The notes beneath the pieces were generated by a model. It searched no databases and was not told where the DNA came from. It was given only the letters and a program-made list of their open reading frames with translations. From NCBI GenBank assembly GCA_964588285.1, contig CAZPNX010000012.1, forward strand, positions 5,329 through 69,328: a stretch of DNA of 64,000 bases, in the 5' to 3' direction. The DNA comes from an uncultured bacterium. GTDB lineage: Bacteria > Edwardsbacteria > AC1 > EtOH8. Both the position numbers and the translations under genes were made by a program. The stretch's first letter is position 1. Every line of letters starts with the position of its first letter. Shown here piece by piece: positions 28,070 through 38,339 of the stretch.

Positions 28070-30244
28070 TTAAGGCCTGGCTGTTTTTCCGAAAAGCGAG
28101 GCAAAAGCCATTAAATCCGAAGCATAAGCCACACCCGGCAAGCATCCGCCTGTCTCAGGCCGTCGGCTGACATAAAGAGTCAACCTTCCCATCCATCTAT
28201 TGAAAACCGATTCTGGCAGGCTGTCCCTTCCCACCACCACCAGCTGGCGGTATTTGTGCTCCAAACCCGGCTCCAAGCTGTCCCAAGGCACCCGGTTAAC
28301 CGAGAACCCCTGGGAGCGGAGATAACGCCCCAGCGAGTCAACTACCGCCGAGCCCCGGCTACCGGCGGCATCGGCCAAAAGCACATCGCCTCCGGCCCTA
28401 AACGATTGCAGCTTGCGGAACGGCTGTTGCCCATAGGCTCGTGGGAAGTAGGTAAAAAGGACATACTGGTCGCGAGGCCCCCGGCCCCAGGAAAGCCGGT
28501 AGGCTGCCAGCCCGCGGGCTGGGGTTTTCCCCAAGACGAACATCGTATCCGCCTTTAAGCTATCGACCATTTTCACTTGGGTTGGCGAGGTCGGGGTCAG
28601 GGCCTCTAACCTAAGCCCGGCCAGCGGTTTTTGGCATGAGATACGCAGTCCCAGCCGGCCGTTTTGATCCCAGAGTCGGGCCGAAATCGGCATCAGGCCC
28701 AACTCGTCGCGGATTTTGGTGAAGGCGGCGGCGCCGGCCACCAACCATTCCCGGCTGGTATGCGGCCCCTTGCGGCCTCTGATGCCGCGGAACATATCGT
28801 GCCAGAACAGGCCCTTGATCGGCTGGCGGCTGGTAAACCCCCGGATGGCGTCGGTGTGGCGGATATACATCTCCTCCGGGGCCGGGGGAGATGTGCTCTT
28901 CTGCAGCAGGTCCCAGTCCACCTGCTGGCCGGCGATGATCTGGGCTTCGTCGCCCTTTAGATATTTCGACCATTGATTGGTCATATTGAAGCAATGCCAG
29001 GCATTGGACTCGTAGAGCATAACGGCGTCAAGGTCCAATCCGGCGTCGTTTATCATGGCCGGGTCCTGGCCGTGCTCGTGTCCCTTGTCCCACCCCAGGG
29101 TGAAGCCCCAGACAGGCTTGGTGACATTGGCCTCGGACAAAATCCTTTCGACGGCCATGGCCGAGCGGTGGGCCTGCCACCACTGCCAGCGTAGGTGGAT
29201 TGGGGTGTAGGAGAGGGGCCTGACGCGCTGGGCCACCCATAAAATGCGCCGGCGTTTGTCCATCCGGCTCCAGTCGTGCGGGACGTCGATGTTCATCAAG
29301 GCAGCGAAGGAGTCCACCGTCTCGAAGCCGCCGGCGCCCGGCCGAATATAATCCAGGCCGATGAAGTCCACATTAGGATCGGACTCCAGCAGCTTGATTA
29401 CCGTGACGATATCTGCCCGGCGCTTGGGGTCGTCCAAGTTCACGTGGTGGTTGGGATAGATTTTTCCTTTAGAAGATTCCAGGGAGTAATGGTACTTGAG
29501 CTTCCTGAGATAAGGCCCCCACAGCAGGTAGCTGCCGACGTAGCCGCCGAACTTGAGGCCCTGCGCCCGGCACTCCTCGGCCAGCTTGGGATAAACCTTA
29601 AAGTTGTCCCTTATCCAGGGGTTCTGGTCGGAAATGCCCCGGGCCCCCTCGATAGTCCAGCCCACCGAGTACCAGACGGCATCGGCCCCCAGGAATTTGG
29701 CCCAGTCAGTAAAATTTCGCCAATCTCGTCTAGGGGAGTCGTAGAGCGAGGGCAGCTTGGCATTGAGCATGTTGCCGGCGCTCTCGATGGTCATGACGCA
29801 GAAGCCGTCGTCGATCTTCTTTGGCTGCCGGGACCTAAGCAAGAAGGTGGCCGAGTCCCGCAATTGCTGGGTGTCTGACAGCGCCAACGCGACCAGGACC
29901 TTGTAAGTTCCCAGCGGCGGGTTCCAAGGAGGGGCCCACGTCCCCCGCCAGGCGCGGGCCGCCGGGTCCCATTTCAGCCCCACCGAGTCCATTTGCCCGG
30001 GACCCGCCGCCAGAGTGTCGGCGTGGTAGATTCTGGCCACGGGGGAGCGGAGACTATCAATAAATAGCGATGTATCCGGGCGGACAGAGAGCCTTACCAG
30101 CTGGTAGCGGTAATACTCGGCCCGGTCGGTGGCTACCGAAAGGCCGGAACCCTGGCGGCTCCCGTTCAGGCTGAGAGACAGCATGGCCAGGGCCAGGGCG
30201 CAGGACAGGATGGCGAGACGATGAATATGGGAAATGCTGTTCAT
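28070..30244 (-). CDS. Exported protein with putative glycoside-hydrolase-like TIM barrel (DUF4015-like)
   Basis: N-terminal signal/TM segment; IGLDYIRP resembles the DYIRF motif of DUF4015/GH-like barrels. Confidence 0.45.
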   Translation of the reverse strand: MNSISHIHRLAILSCALALAMLSLSLNGSRQGSGLSVATDRAEYYRYQLVRLSVRPDTSLFIDSLRSPVARIYHADTLAAGPGQMDSVGLKWDPAARAWRGTWAPPWNPPLGTYKVLVALALSDTQQLRDSATFLLRSRQPKKIDDGFCVMTIESAGNMLNAKLPSLYDSPRRDWRNFTDWAKFLGADAVWYSVGWTIEGARGISDQNPWIRDNFKVYPKLAEECRAQGLKFGGYVGSYLLWGPYLRKLKYHYSLESSKGKIYPNHHVNLDDPKRRADIVTVIKLLESDPNVDFIGLDYIRPGAGGFETVDSFAALMNIDVPHDWSRMDKRRRILWVAQRVRPLSYTPIHLRWQWWQAHRSAMAVERILSEANVTKPVWGFTLGWDKGHEHGQDPAMINDAGLDLDAVMLYESNAWHCFNMTNQWSKYLKGDEAQIIAGQQVDWDLLQKSTSPPAPEEMYIRHTDAIRGFTSRQPIKGLFWHDMFRGIRGRKGPHTSREWLVAGAAAFTKIRDELGLMPISARLWDQNGRLGLRISCQKPLAGLRLEALTPTSPTQVKMVDSLKADTMFVLGKTPARGLAAYRLSWGRGPRDQYVLFTYFPRAYGQQPFRKLQSFRAGGDVLLADAAGSRGSAVVDSLGRYLRSQGFSVNRVPWDSLEPGLEHKYRQLVVVGRDSLPESVFNRWMGRLTLYVSRRPETGGCLPGVAYASDLMAFASLFGKTARP

Positions 30245-30317
30245 CAGGGGCTATAATCGTTTAATAATTGATAAATCAAACTGAGAATGTCAGCGGTTAC
30301 AGGCCAAATCCGCCAAA

Positions 30318-30623
30318 TCAGCGTTCCAGCTTTTTCGATTTAGCTGCTCGCTGCCGCACCATGTCATCCAGCTTGAGCCAAAGCAGGATCAGATTCAGGG
30401 CGATGGTCAGACCGTTGGCCACGATCAGCGGCAACTGGCCCAGCATGAAACCATAGACCATCCACAGCACCAGGCCGGCCAGCATCAGCACGATGAACAG
30501 CAGATTGAAGTCGTCCATATGGCGGGTGCGCAGGCTCTTGACCACCTGGGGCAGGAAGCTGAAGGTGGTCAGGAAGCCGGCCAGGAAGCCGATGAGCTTT
30601 ATAAGAGTGAGTTTGTCGTTCAT
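30318..30623 (-). CDS. SemiSWEET/PQ-loop sugar transporter
   Basis: GFLAGFLTTFSFLPQVVKS, LWMVYG, IVANG. Confidence 0.85.
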   Translation of the reverse strand: MNDKLTLIKLIGFLAGFLTTFSFLPQVVKSLRTRHMDDFNLLFIVLMLAGLVLWMVYGFMLGQLPLIVANGLTIALNLILLWLKLDDMVRQRAAKSKKLER

Positions 30624-30686
30624 AAACATTTACCTTATCACATTTACAGAGCGTAAGTCAACAGAAATCGGCTTTTATCGAGCCGC

Positions 30687-30716
30687 TTGACAGACACCGG
30701 AGAAATTGATTATAAT
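30687..30716 (+). promoter_or_regulatory. sigma70 promoter of tRNA-Asn
   Basis: TTGACA-N18-TATAAT. Confidence 0.7.
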
Positions 30717-30766
30717 TAAAGAATGGAGAAGCCGGATATACCGGTTCCTCTCTTTAAAAAGAAAGA

Positions 30767-30841
30767 TCCAGCGTAGCTCAATGGTAGAGCTCCCGGCTGT
30801 TAACCGGGCTGTTGGAGGTTCGAGCCCTCCCGCTGGAGCCA
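30767..30841 (+). tRNA. tRNA-Asn (GTT)
   Basis: Acceptor TCCAGCG/CGCTGGA; D-arm AGCTCAATGGTAGAGC; anticodon arm CCCGG-CTGTTAA-CCGGG; GGTTCGAG T-loop; encoded CCA. Confidence 0.97.
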
Positions 30842-30886
30842 GGTTTTTTATGGACAGAACTTCAATATGAAGTTCTGTCTTTTTTG

Positions 30887-30915
30887 TTGACAAACAGGGC
30901 AGAGGATGATAGTAT
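30887..30915 (+). promoter_or_regulatory. sigma70 promoter (extended -10) of the HEAT-TPR operon
   Basis: TTGACA-N17-TAGTAT with TG at the extended -10 position. Confidence 0.55.
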
Positions 30916-31004
30916 TTCAGCGGGCGATTTCTTTAGCGACCACAGTATTGAAATAGATAGAACTGACAGATCAAAGCTTGAATTACTCCAAACGGGAAAA
31001 CCAA

Positions 31005-32384
31005 ATGAGAAGTACAAAGGCTATGTATGCTGTGGTTCTGCTGGCCGTCCTCTTGTCCGCCAACCTGCCGGCCCAGAGCCAGCCGGATAGGCTCTACCAG
31101 GCCATCGTAAAAGAGGGCTTCCTGCACAAGAAAAGGGAGCTGGGACGTCAGCTGGGAAGGCTGGGCACGGCCGAGGCCAAATCGTATCTGCTCAAACTAA
31201 TAGAAGACGGCCATTACTGGAACCAGTACGCCGCCATCGAAGGTCTGTTTCTTTACGATGAGCCCGAGGTCAGGCGCCGCCTGGTGCGGGAGATGATGGA
31301 CAACCACATGGTGCGGAGCGAGATCGCCGCAGGCCTTAAGACCCGGATGCCAAAATTTTCCGGGGAGGTGGCCGATGCCTATCGAATGGAGGTCGAAGAT
31401 AAAAAGCGCGAGAACCTGATGGCCGACGTAGCCGCCACCAAGACCCGGGAGGGGGAGTCTTTTCTCAAAAGCGTGGTGGCCGACCAAGCTTCGCCCGACC
31501 GGAGGAAGGCCGCCGGCCTTTTAGCCAAGAACTACCCGGACAACTATCAGTACTTTGTCGGGCTGGTTGACGATTCCGAAATTCGTATAGTGGCCCTGGG
31601 CTTCATTTCCGAGAAAGGAAGCGTCCGCGACCTGCCGCTTTTCATAAGCATCCTCGAGAGAGGCGGCGAGGATGCCGAGGTGGTGGTGGCCTACCAGGCA
31701 GTGGCCAAATGGGGCGATGCCGCCCTAAGGGAGAAAACTTATCTGGATGCGCTCTCTTCGGGAAACGAGGTGCTGGCCAGGGGCGGCATGGCTGCGTTTC
31801 GCACTCTTTACAACCCTGAGATCTCGGCCAAGCTGGGCGGTTTGGCCCGGCAGGCCAAGGAGCAACGCACCCGAATGACGGCCGGGGTGCGGCTGGCCGA
31901 GCTGGGACGGACCGAGGCCGTGCCCTATTTGGTGCCGCTTCTGGACGAGGAGTACCGGGAGCACCAATCGGCCACCTTCAACGCCATCGCCTCGATCATG
32001 ACCGCCGGCATCTGGACGGTGCTCGACGGACTGAGCCAGAGCTTCAACCGCAGGAGCTTCGATAACAGCCGATCGGCCATCCTGGCCGGGCTGAGGAGGA
32101 TAACCGGGGCCGACGCCGGCACCAGCTACCAGTCTTGGAAGGAATGGGCGGTGCTGCACGGACACGTCATCCGGGGCGAGAACATCGTTCAGCAGTTGTT
32201 TTCATCGGATCGGAGACGGAGGCATCTGGCCATAGCCGCCTCCTTTGAATTGCTGGGTTATAAAGATGCCAGGGATTTTGCCAATAGGAAAAAAGTGGCC
32301 CCAGGCGAAATGGAGCTGGCTCTGGCCCTGGCCCGGGAGCTGGCGGAGAAGGGGTTTATGGGCGGTGAGATTGAACAACCATGA
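31005..32384 (+). CDS. Exported HEAT/ARM-repeat protein
   Basis: Signal peptide; repeated helix pairs (LAELGRTEAVPYLVPLLD); start set at ATG 31005. Confidence 0.65.
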   Translation: MRSTKAMYAVVLLAVLLSANLPAQSQPDRLYQAIVKEGFLHKKRELGRQLGRLGTAEAKSYLLKLIEDGHYWNQYAAIEGLFLYDEPEVRRRLVREMMDNHMVRSEIAAGLKTRMPKFSGEVADAYRMEVEDKKRENLMADVAATKTREGESFLKSVVADQASPDRRKAAGLLAKNYPDNYQYFVGLVDDSEIRIVALGFISEKGSVRDLPLFISILERGGEDAEVVVAYQAVAKWGDAALREKTYLDALSSGNEVLARGGMAAFRTLYNPEISAKLGGLARQAKEQRTRMTAGVRLAELGRTEAVPYLVPLLDEEYREHQSATFNAIASIMTAGIWTVLDGLSQSFNRRSFDNSRSAILAGLRRITGADAGTSYQSWKEWAVLHGHVIRGENIVQQLFSSDRRRRHLAIAASFELLGYKDARDFANRKKVAPGEMELALALARELAEKGFMGGEIEQP

Positions 32385-33598
32385 GTCGCATGAAAACATA
32401 TCCTGCGATCTATTGGATAGAGACCAGAGAAAAAAAGTACTATCCCCTACAGGTGATACTGGGGAAAGCCGAAGTGCTTTTTCGCATCGGCGATTGGGAG
32501 TCGGCCGAGAATATCTATCGCCAGGGAATGTGCGAGGTTGAAGGTGGAGATCGACGGACAGCGGCCAGCCTTAGGAACCGCTTGGCCATGTTGCTGGGTT
32601 ATCGGGGGTTTAACCAAGAGGCCTTGTATTTGCTTCAAGAGACGGTAGAAACTTTTAAGGATGCTATCGATGAAACGCTGGAGTCGGATATATTTAAGAA
32701 TTTCGGTTTTTTCTACGAGGATCTAGGACAACACATTAAGGCCATAGAATGTTACCAGAGGTCTCTGGATATATGTCAGCGGCAGGGAAACAAGCGAGGT
32801 GTGGCCAGTTGCAACGGTAATCTTGGCATCATGTACGCCAAGTTGGGGGAGTTTGATAAATCTTTGGAAAAATTCAGCGAATTGCTACGCATCTCCGAGG
32901 AGTTGGGAGACATCCACGGTATTTCTCTGGCTCATGGAAACCTGGGACTGCTGTTCATTCAGATAGGGGAATTCACCAAGGCTATGGAATCGCTGGATAT
33001 AAAACTCCGATTGTCGGAGCGAATGGGCGACCGGCTGGGGCTGCTTCAGGCATTGGGCAGCGCCGGCGATCTGAAGCTTAACCTTGGAGAGTATAAACAA
33101 GCCTACTTTTTTTTTGAAAAAGCATTGGAGCACGCCAGGGCCATGGAAAACCATCAGTTCGTTTTGCTGGCCCTGCAGCGCATGGGCGAGGCTAAGCTTA
33201 GAATGGGTGAAGATGTTCTGGGCTTGGATTTAATTGATCAAGCCGTGGAGATAGCCAGCAAATACGGCATGGAATCGTTCCAGGCTAATGCCCTGCTGGT
33301 CAAAGGAAAAGCCCTAAAGAGTCTGGGAAAATCGGAAGAGGCAGCACAAGAACTGGGACGAGCGTTGGCGCTGGCCGAGGAACTGGGGAACATCATCATA
33401 AAACTGGAGGCGGCTCTGCTATTGGCCGAGATACTGCTCCAAAGCGGGGAAAACGCTAAGTGTGTGGAACTTGTTAAAAGAGCCGCCCCCCTTTGTGCCA
33501 CAGTCAAACATCAGGAATTGACCGAGCTTTGTGCCGCTCTTTGCGCTAAGTTGGGCATCGAGGTCGGCCCGGACCTATCTTCAAATGACAGCACTTGA
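32381..33598 (+). CDS. Tetratricopeptide-repeat protein
   Basis: About 40-aa TPRs (GNLGIMYAKLGEFDKSLE, GNLGLLFIQIGEFTKAME); ATGA overlap with the upstream gene; visibly AT-richer than neighbours. Confidence 0.8.
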   Translation: MSRMKTYPAIYWIETREKKYYPLQVILGKAEVLFRIGDWESAENIYRQGMCEVEGGDRRTAASLRNRLAMLLGYRGFNQEALYLLQETVETFKDAIDETLESDIFKNFGFFYEDLGQHIKAIECYQRSLDICQRQGNKRGVASCNGNLGIMYAKLGEFDKSLEKFSELLRISEELGDIHGISLAHGNLGLLFIQIGEFTKAMESLDIKLRLSERMGDRLGLLQALGSAGDLKLNLGEYKQAYFFFEKALEHARAMENHQFVLLALQRMGEAKLRMGEDVLGLDLIDQAVEIASKYGMESFQANALLVKGKALKSLGKSEEAAQELGRALALAEELGNIIIKLEAALLLAEILLQSGENAKCVELVKRAAPLCATVKHQELTELCAALCAKLGIEVGPDLSSNDST

Positions 33599-33707
33599 GG
33601 GGATACTTCGGTTTCCCTGAATATTGGGCTTGACTTCATAATTAGTTTTATAGTAAATTTATTATGCAACGCAAGAAGATGCAAATCAAATTAACAAAGG
33701 AGCTAAT

Positions 33708-34415
33708 ATGAAACAAACTGCTGTGCTGTCAAGTTTCTGCCTTCTGACCTGCCTGCTCCAGCCTCAAATATTGTGGGCCCAGGGGACTCCAGCACGGACA
33801 GGCTCGGCACCGGCTCGAACCTCGGTGGCCATCTTGGAACTGGAGCCCAAGGGGGTGCCCGAGGTCGAGGTCTCGGCCCTGTCCGACCGGCTGCGTTCTG
33901 AGCTGCTGAACACCGGTTCCTTTGACGTCATGGAGCGGGGCAAGATGCAGGACATTCTGCGCGAGCAGGGCTTCCAGCAGTCGGGAGCCTGCAACACCGA
34001 CGCCTGCGCCGTGGAGGTGGGCCAGCTGATAGGGGTGGAGAAGATGATCGCCGGAAGCTTGGGCAAGGTGGGCCGCACCTATACCGTCAACCTGCGGCTG
34101 ATCAGCGTCAAGACCGGGCGGATAGAGCGCAGCGTCACCCGGGACTATGCCGGGGAGATAGACAAGCTGCTGACTATGGAGATGAAACAGGTGGCCCAGA
34201 TCCTGGCGGCCTCGGTGGGCGGCAAACAGGTGACGCCCCAGTCCAAACCTGCGGCCGTCTCCAAGCCCATCTACAAAAAATGGTGGTTCTACGCCGGAAT
34301 CGGGGCGGTGGCCGCCGGTGGTGCGGCCGCGGCCCTGGCGGGCGGGAGCTCGTCCAACGACGGCACCGAGACGCCGGTGGACAATACCATACCCCTGCCG
34401 CCGGCGCGGCCATAA
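33708..34415 (+). CDS. CsgG/LpoB-like domain exported protein with C-terminal hydrophobic tail
   Basis: VAILEL...VMERGKMQDILREQGFQQSGAC...CAVEVGQLIGV; tail KWWFYAGIGAVAAGG; AAGGAG RBS. Confidence 0.6.
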   Translation: MKQTAVLSSFCLLTCLLQPQILWAQGTPARTGSAPARTSVAILELEPKGVPEVEVSALSDRLRSELLNTGSFDVMERGKMQDILREQGFQQSGACNTDACAVEVGQLIGVEKMIAGSLGKVGRTYTVNLRLISVKTGRIERSVTRDYAGEIDKLLTMEMKQVAQILAASVGGKQVTPQSKPAAVSKPIYKKWWFYAGIGAVAAGGAAAALAGGSSSNDGTETPVDNTIPLPPARP

Positions 34416-34427
34416 GGAGGGACGAAG

Positions 34428-37400
34428 ATGAAATACGCATTATATATAGCATTGGCAGCCATGATGGCGGCCGTCCCGGCCCTGGCCGACTGGCCCCAGG
34501 GGGGCATTCCGGTGGGGGCGGCGCCCGGCAACGACATCGGGGCGGCAGTGGTTCCGGACGGGCAGGGCGGGGTCATTTATATCTGGCTGAGTTCTGGTGA
34601 AAATGCCATCAAAGCCAGGCGCATCGACCGCTATGGACACGATGTCTGGATGTCTGGCCAGGTGGCGATCAGCCCCATGGGCTCAACCGCGCCAGGTGGC
34701 TTCTCGGCCGTCAGCGACGGGCAAGGCGGGGCCATAATAGCTTGGCAGGAAAGAACTGTTTCTCCCTACGAGGTGAGGATACAGCGGGTCGATCAAGACG
34801 GCAACCTTGTCTGGCCGGCCAACGGTATCCCCATGTGGAACGGAACCACCCTCAGGGAGCAGTCGAATCCAGTGCTGGTCAAGGGGCCCAGCCGCGTCTT
34901 TGCTGTGTACCATCAGAACAACCCGGTTCCTCCGAACTCTATAGACCTCTTCGCCCAGTGTTTCGATCTTAACGGCAATAGGCAGTGGGGCGACTACGGG
35001 GCCGTGGTCTGCACCACCGCTGTCGGCGACAACAGGAATCCCGCGACCATCGCCCGCGGCGACAGTTCGATCATGGTGGCCTGGGAGGACTTCCGTAGCG
35101 GCAACGGCGACATCTATGCCAACGCCCTGGTCAATGCAACAGCCTGGGTTATCAATGGAACACCGGTCTGCGATCTGGCCGGCAACCAGCTTAAACCGGT
35201 AGCCACCCTTGACGGCACCGGAGGGATGTTCATAGCCTGGGAGGACTTCCGTTCCGGCGCCGGGTCTGATATCTACGCCCAGAGGTACACTTCAGGAGGC
35301 ATCATGGCTTGGGTGCCTACGGGCGGTGTACCGGTTTGTACTTTAAGCGGGGACCAAAAGGAGTTGGACATCTGCCGGACAGCCGGCAACAGGGCCCTTT
35401 TGGTATGGACCGACCAGCGTCTGGGCGCCGGCAACGAGGACATCTATGCCATGGTCCTCAACGACAACGGCAGCCAGCACTGGGCGGAAACCGGCGGCTT
35501 GATGATCACCAACGCCAGCGGCCTACAGCAGCTGCCCCGGATAGCTCACTCGGCCGACGGCACCAAATTCGTCATCGCCTGGGAGCATCCCCTCGCTTCA
35601 TTTAACGCAGGCGTTTATGCCCAGAGGATCAACCTGGATGAAAGCTTTGGCTGGGGCACATTCGTCCGACAACCGGATGCGACCCATGCCAGGAAACCGA
35701 TGCTGGTCCGGGGAAGCGATGAGCACGTTTTCTTCGCTTGGGAGGACGACCATAACGGCGACTGGGATATCTACGGCCAGCGGGCCCATTGGGAGGGCGG
35801 GGGGTACATAGGCAGTGTCGTGGCCCCGCAACTGGCCGAACCGGCCAATATGGGAGTTGTCGGCACCGATCAAATTACCTTCTATTGGCGTCGGTCTCCG
35901 TTCCCGCCGGGAGCCGAGGCATACAGGCTCTACGCGGAGGATGCCGGAAACCCGGCCATTAACTTCGGCGCCAACTCAAGCGATACCTTTGCGCAACTCA
36001 CCCTTCCGCCTGGGGCAACCTACAACTGGAAGGTGAGAGCCGTGAACGGTTCCATTCCCGATTCCTCCGACTGGTCCGAGGTGTGGCAGTTCACCATAGA
36101 CACCTCGGTGCCGGCCACGCCCACCCTGATATCGCCGCCCAACGCCAGCCATGTCGACTCGAACATCGTCATCTTCGAATGGTCGCTGGACACCAGCGCC
36201 GCCATGCACCATATCCAGATAGATAACGACATGGGCTTCTCTTCCCCCATAGTCAACGACTCCATGATCGGCATGCCGCCCTACGGCTACGATTTCACCT
36301 TCCAGCCGAACGGGAAGTATTACTGGCGGGTGCGGGCCGGCAGCTCCGCCCACGTCTGGTCGAACTGGTCCCAAATATGGTCGGTGACGGTGGACACGGT
36401 TCCGGCCGGGGTCGACAGCACCAAGCCGGCCAACAACAACAACAACGTTCCGGTGACTTCAATCGTCCGGGTGTTCTTCACCGAACCGGTGCGGACCGAC
36501 ACCTCGCTCCACTTCTCCTGCCAGCCCGATCCAGGCAACTGGCAGATTACCCAGACCGGCAGCATACTGGACTTCGATCCCCAGTCTAGTTTCGGCTATG
36601 GCACGCTCTACAGGATCAACCTAACGGCCAGGGACTCGGCCGGCAACCAGACGGTGGTGCCCGAATTCTCATTTACCACCGAAAATATCACCGACACCGT
36701 CCCGCCGCGGCTGACGGTGCTGGCCAACGGGGTGGACATGATCTTGGGTCAGCAGTTCGTGTTCGAATGTTATGCCAAGGACGAACACAAACTAAACCTG
36801 GTTCACTTGACCTACGGCCCGGCCGGCTCCGGCACCGCCACCGGCAACGTGGACATGGCGCCGGTGTCCGGCTCGGACAGCTTGTGGCGCTATGTTATAC
36901 CCGCCAATCACATCACCGCCCGGGGGCTGCAGTACCAGGTTTGGGCCCAGGATTCGATCCTGGCGGGAGGCCTTAGCAATGTCACTAATTTTCCGCCCGA
37001 CCCCACCGACTTCCACGTCCACGCCGTCAGCTTCCCGGGCGGGGCCTACAACACCACCTATGCGAGCGACCAGTGGCTGATGCTCTCGGTTCCCGGGGAC
37101 TACACCGGCGTTTCCTTGTTCGACATGCTGTCCGACGACCTGGGGGCTTACGACAATACCAAGTGGAGGCTGTTCGACTACCAGAACACCACCCTGGTGG
37201 AGCAGGGCACGGGCGGCTCGGGCGTCATCCGCACCGGCCAGGCCATGTGGCTCAGGCAGAGGGTGAGCGCGAACATCGTTCTGGATTTCCAGGGTGTCCA
37301 CAAATCCTACGGCGACCGGCTGCGCTCCCAGCCGGCCCAGGTAACGCTGGTTCCCGGCTGGAGCGACGTGGGCAACCCCCTGGCCTTCGATGTGCGCTGG

Positions 37401-38339
37401 GACACCACCATGGCGCTGAGCGACACCGCCAGCGTGGCCGGGCCCTACCAATTCAACGGCACCTCCTGGCTGCTGCCCAACCAGCTGATGGGTGGGACCA
37501 TGTCCCCTTACGCCGGCTACTCGTTCAGGAACACCCGGGCCACCAACGCCATGCTGAGGGTGCCATACCACCAGGCTTGGAAGGGCAAGGACGACGGTAA
37601 GGCCCTGTGGCCCGAGGGCTGGCAGGTGCGGGTAACGGCCAGGTCTGGAGAAGGCCATGACGACGCCTGGTTCGGCATAGGCAATGGCGCGGCACAGGGG
37701 ATCGACCGCTGGGACTTCCCGGAACCGCCAAACGGCCTGGTGCCGGCGGCCGGATATTTCTATGTTGCTGACGAGAAATGCGCCGTGGACCTGAGGCCGG
37801 AACTGGGCCAGGGCCAGGTCTGGTACTACGAGTTGGCGGCCGGCGGACCGGTTTCTATGGAATTCGGGCTGTCCACGGGGATTCCGCCCGAGACCGCTAT
37901 CTGGCTGCTGGACCCGGTCAGGCAGTCATCGTTTCCGATATCCGAGGGTTTTGCCTACCAGTACTCGCCCGAACCCGGCGAGACAGCCCGTCGCTTCAGG
38001 CTGGTGGCCGGGGCCGAGGAATACGTTCACGCTGTCCTGGCCGGAGCCTTCGGTCTGCCTCCCGCCACATTAATGGAGCACGGCCGGCCCAACCCGTTTT
38101 CTCAGACAACGACCATCAGCTATCAGTTGGCAACGGGCGGGCCGGTGCGGATGGCGGTCTACAACGTGGCCGGCCAGATGGTGAGGACGCTGGTAGACAG
38201 GACGCAGCAGCCGGGACGCTACGGAGTGCGCTGGGACGGCCGGGACGACCGGGGGCAGAGGGCGGCCAACGGCGTCTACTTAGTTAGGATGACGGCCGGG
38301 GGAGTAACTGCCAACCAGCGGTTGACGTTGATCAGGTAG
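34428..38339 (+). CDS. Large secreted multidomain protein (beta-propeller, FN3/Ig-like, SbsA-Ig) with C-terminal FlgD-Ig/CTD-like domain
   Basis: Signal peptide; AWEDFRSGxxDIY blades; STKPANNNNNVPVTSIVRVFFTEP (Big_5-like); PNPFS...YNVAGQMVRTL...WDGRDD...GVYLVRM. Confidence 0.75.
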   Translation: MKYALYIALAAMMAAVPALADWPQGGIPVGAAPGNDIGAAVVPDGQGGVIYIWLSSGENAIKARRIDRYGHDVWMSGQVAISPMGSTAPGGFSAVSDGQGGAIIAWQERTVSPYEVRIQRVDQDGNLVWPANGIPMWNGTTLREQSNPVLVKGPSRVFAVYHQNNPVPPNSIDLFAQCFDLNGNRQWGDYGAVVCTTAVGDNRNPATIARGDSSIMVAWEDFRSGNGDIYANALVNATAWVINGTPVCDLAGNQLKPVATLDGTGGMFIAWEDFRSGAGSDIYAQRYTSGGIMAWVPTGGVPVCTLSGDQKELDICRTAGNRALLVWTDQRLGAGNEDIYAMVLNDNGSQHWAETGGLMITNASGLQQLPRIAHSADGTKFVIAWEHPLASFNAGVYAQRINLDESFGWGTFVRQPDATHARKPMLVRGSDEHVFFAWEDDHNGDWDIYGQRAHWEGGGYIGSVVAPQLAEPANMGVVGTDQITFYWRRSPFPPGAEAYRLYAEDAGNPAINFGANSSDTFAQLTLPPGATYNWKVRAVNGSIPDSSDWSEVWQFTIDTSVPATPTLISPPNASHVDSNIVIFEWSLDTSAAMHHIQIDNDMGFSSPIVNDSMIGMPPYGYDFTFQPNGKYYWRVRAGSSAHVWSNWSQIWSVTVDTVPAGVDSTKPANNNNNVPVTSIVRVFFTEPVRTDTSLHFSCQPDPGNWQITQTGSILDFDPQSSFGYGTLYRINLTARDSAGNQTVVPEFSFTTENITDTVPPRLTVLANGVDMILGQQFVFECYAKDEHKLNLVHLTYGPAGSGTATGNVDMAPVSGSDSLWRYVIPANHITARGLQYQVWAQDSILAGGLSNVTNFPPDPTDFHVHAVSFPGGAYNTTYASDQWLMLSVPGDYTGVSLFDMLSDDLGAYDNTKWRLFDYQNTTLVEQGTGGSGVIRTGQAMWLRQRVSANIVLDFQGVHKSYGDRLRSQPAQVTLVPGWSDVGNPLAFDVRWDTTMALSDTASVAGPYQFNGTSWLLPNQLMGGTMSPYAGYSFRNTRATNAMLRVPYHQAWKGKDDGKALWPEGWQVRVTARSGEGHDDAWFGIGNGAAQGIDRWDFPEPPNGLVPAAGYFYVADEKCAVDLRPELGQGQVWYYELAAGGPVSMEFGLSTGIPPETAIWLLDPVRQSSFPISEGFAYQYSPEPGETARRFRLVAGAEEYVHAVLAGAFGLPPATLMEHGRPNPFSQTTTISYQLATGGPVRMAVYNVAGQMVRTLVDRTQQPGRYGVRWDGRDDRGQRAANGVYLVRMTAGGVTANQRLTLIR

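Noticed and set aside
30767-34000. Genomic island integrated at tRNA-Asn
   Set aside because: No integrase and no duplicated tRNA 3' end (attR) seen in the window
36431-36446. (AAC)5 microsatellite
   Set aside because: In-frame poly-Asn in an Ig-like domain start; triplet slippage would not switch expression
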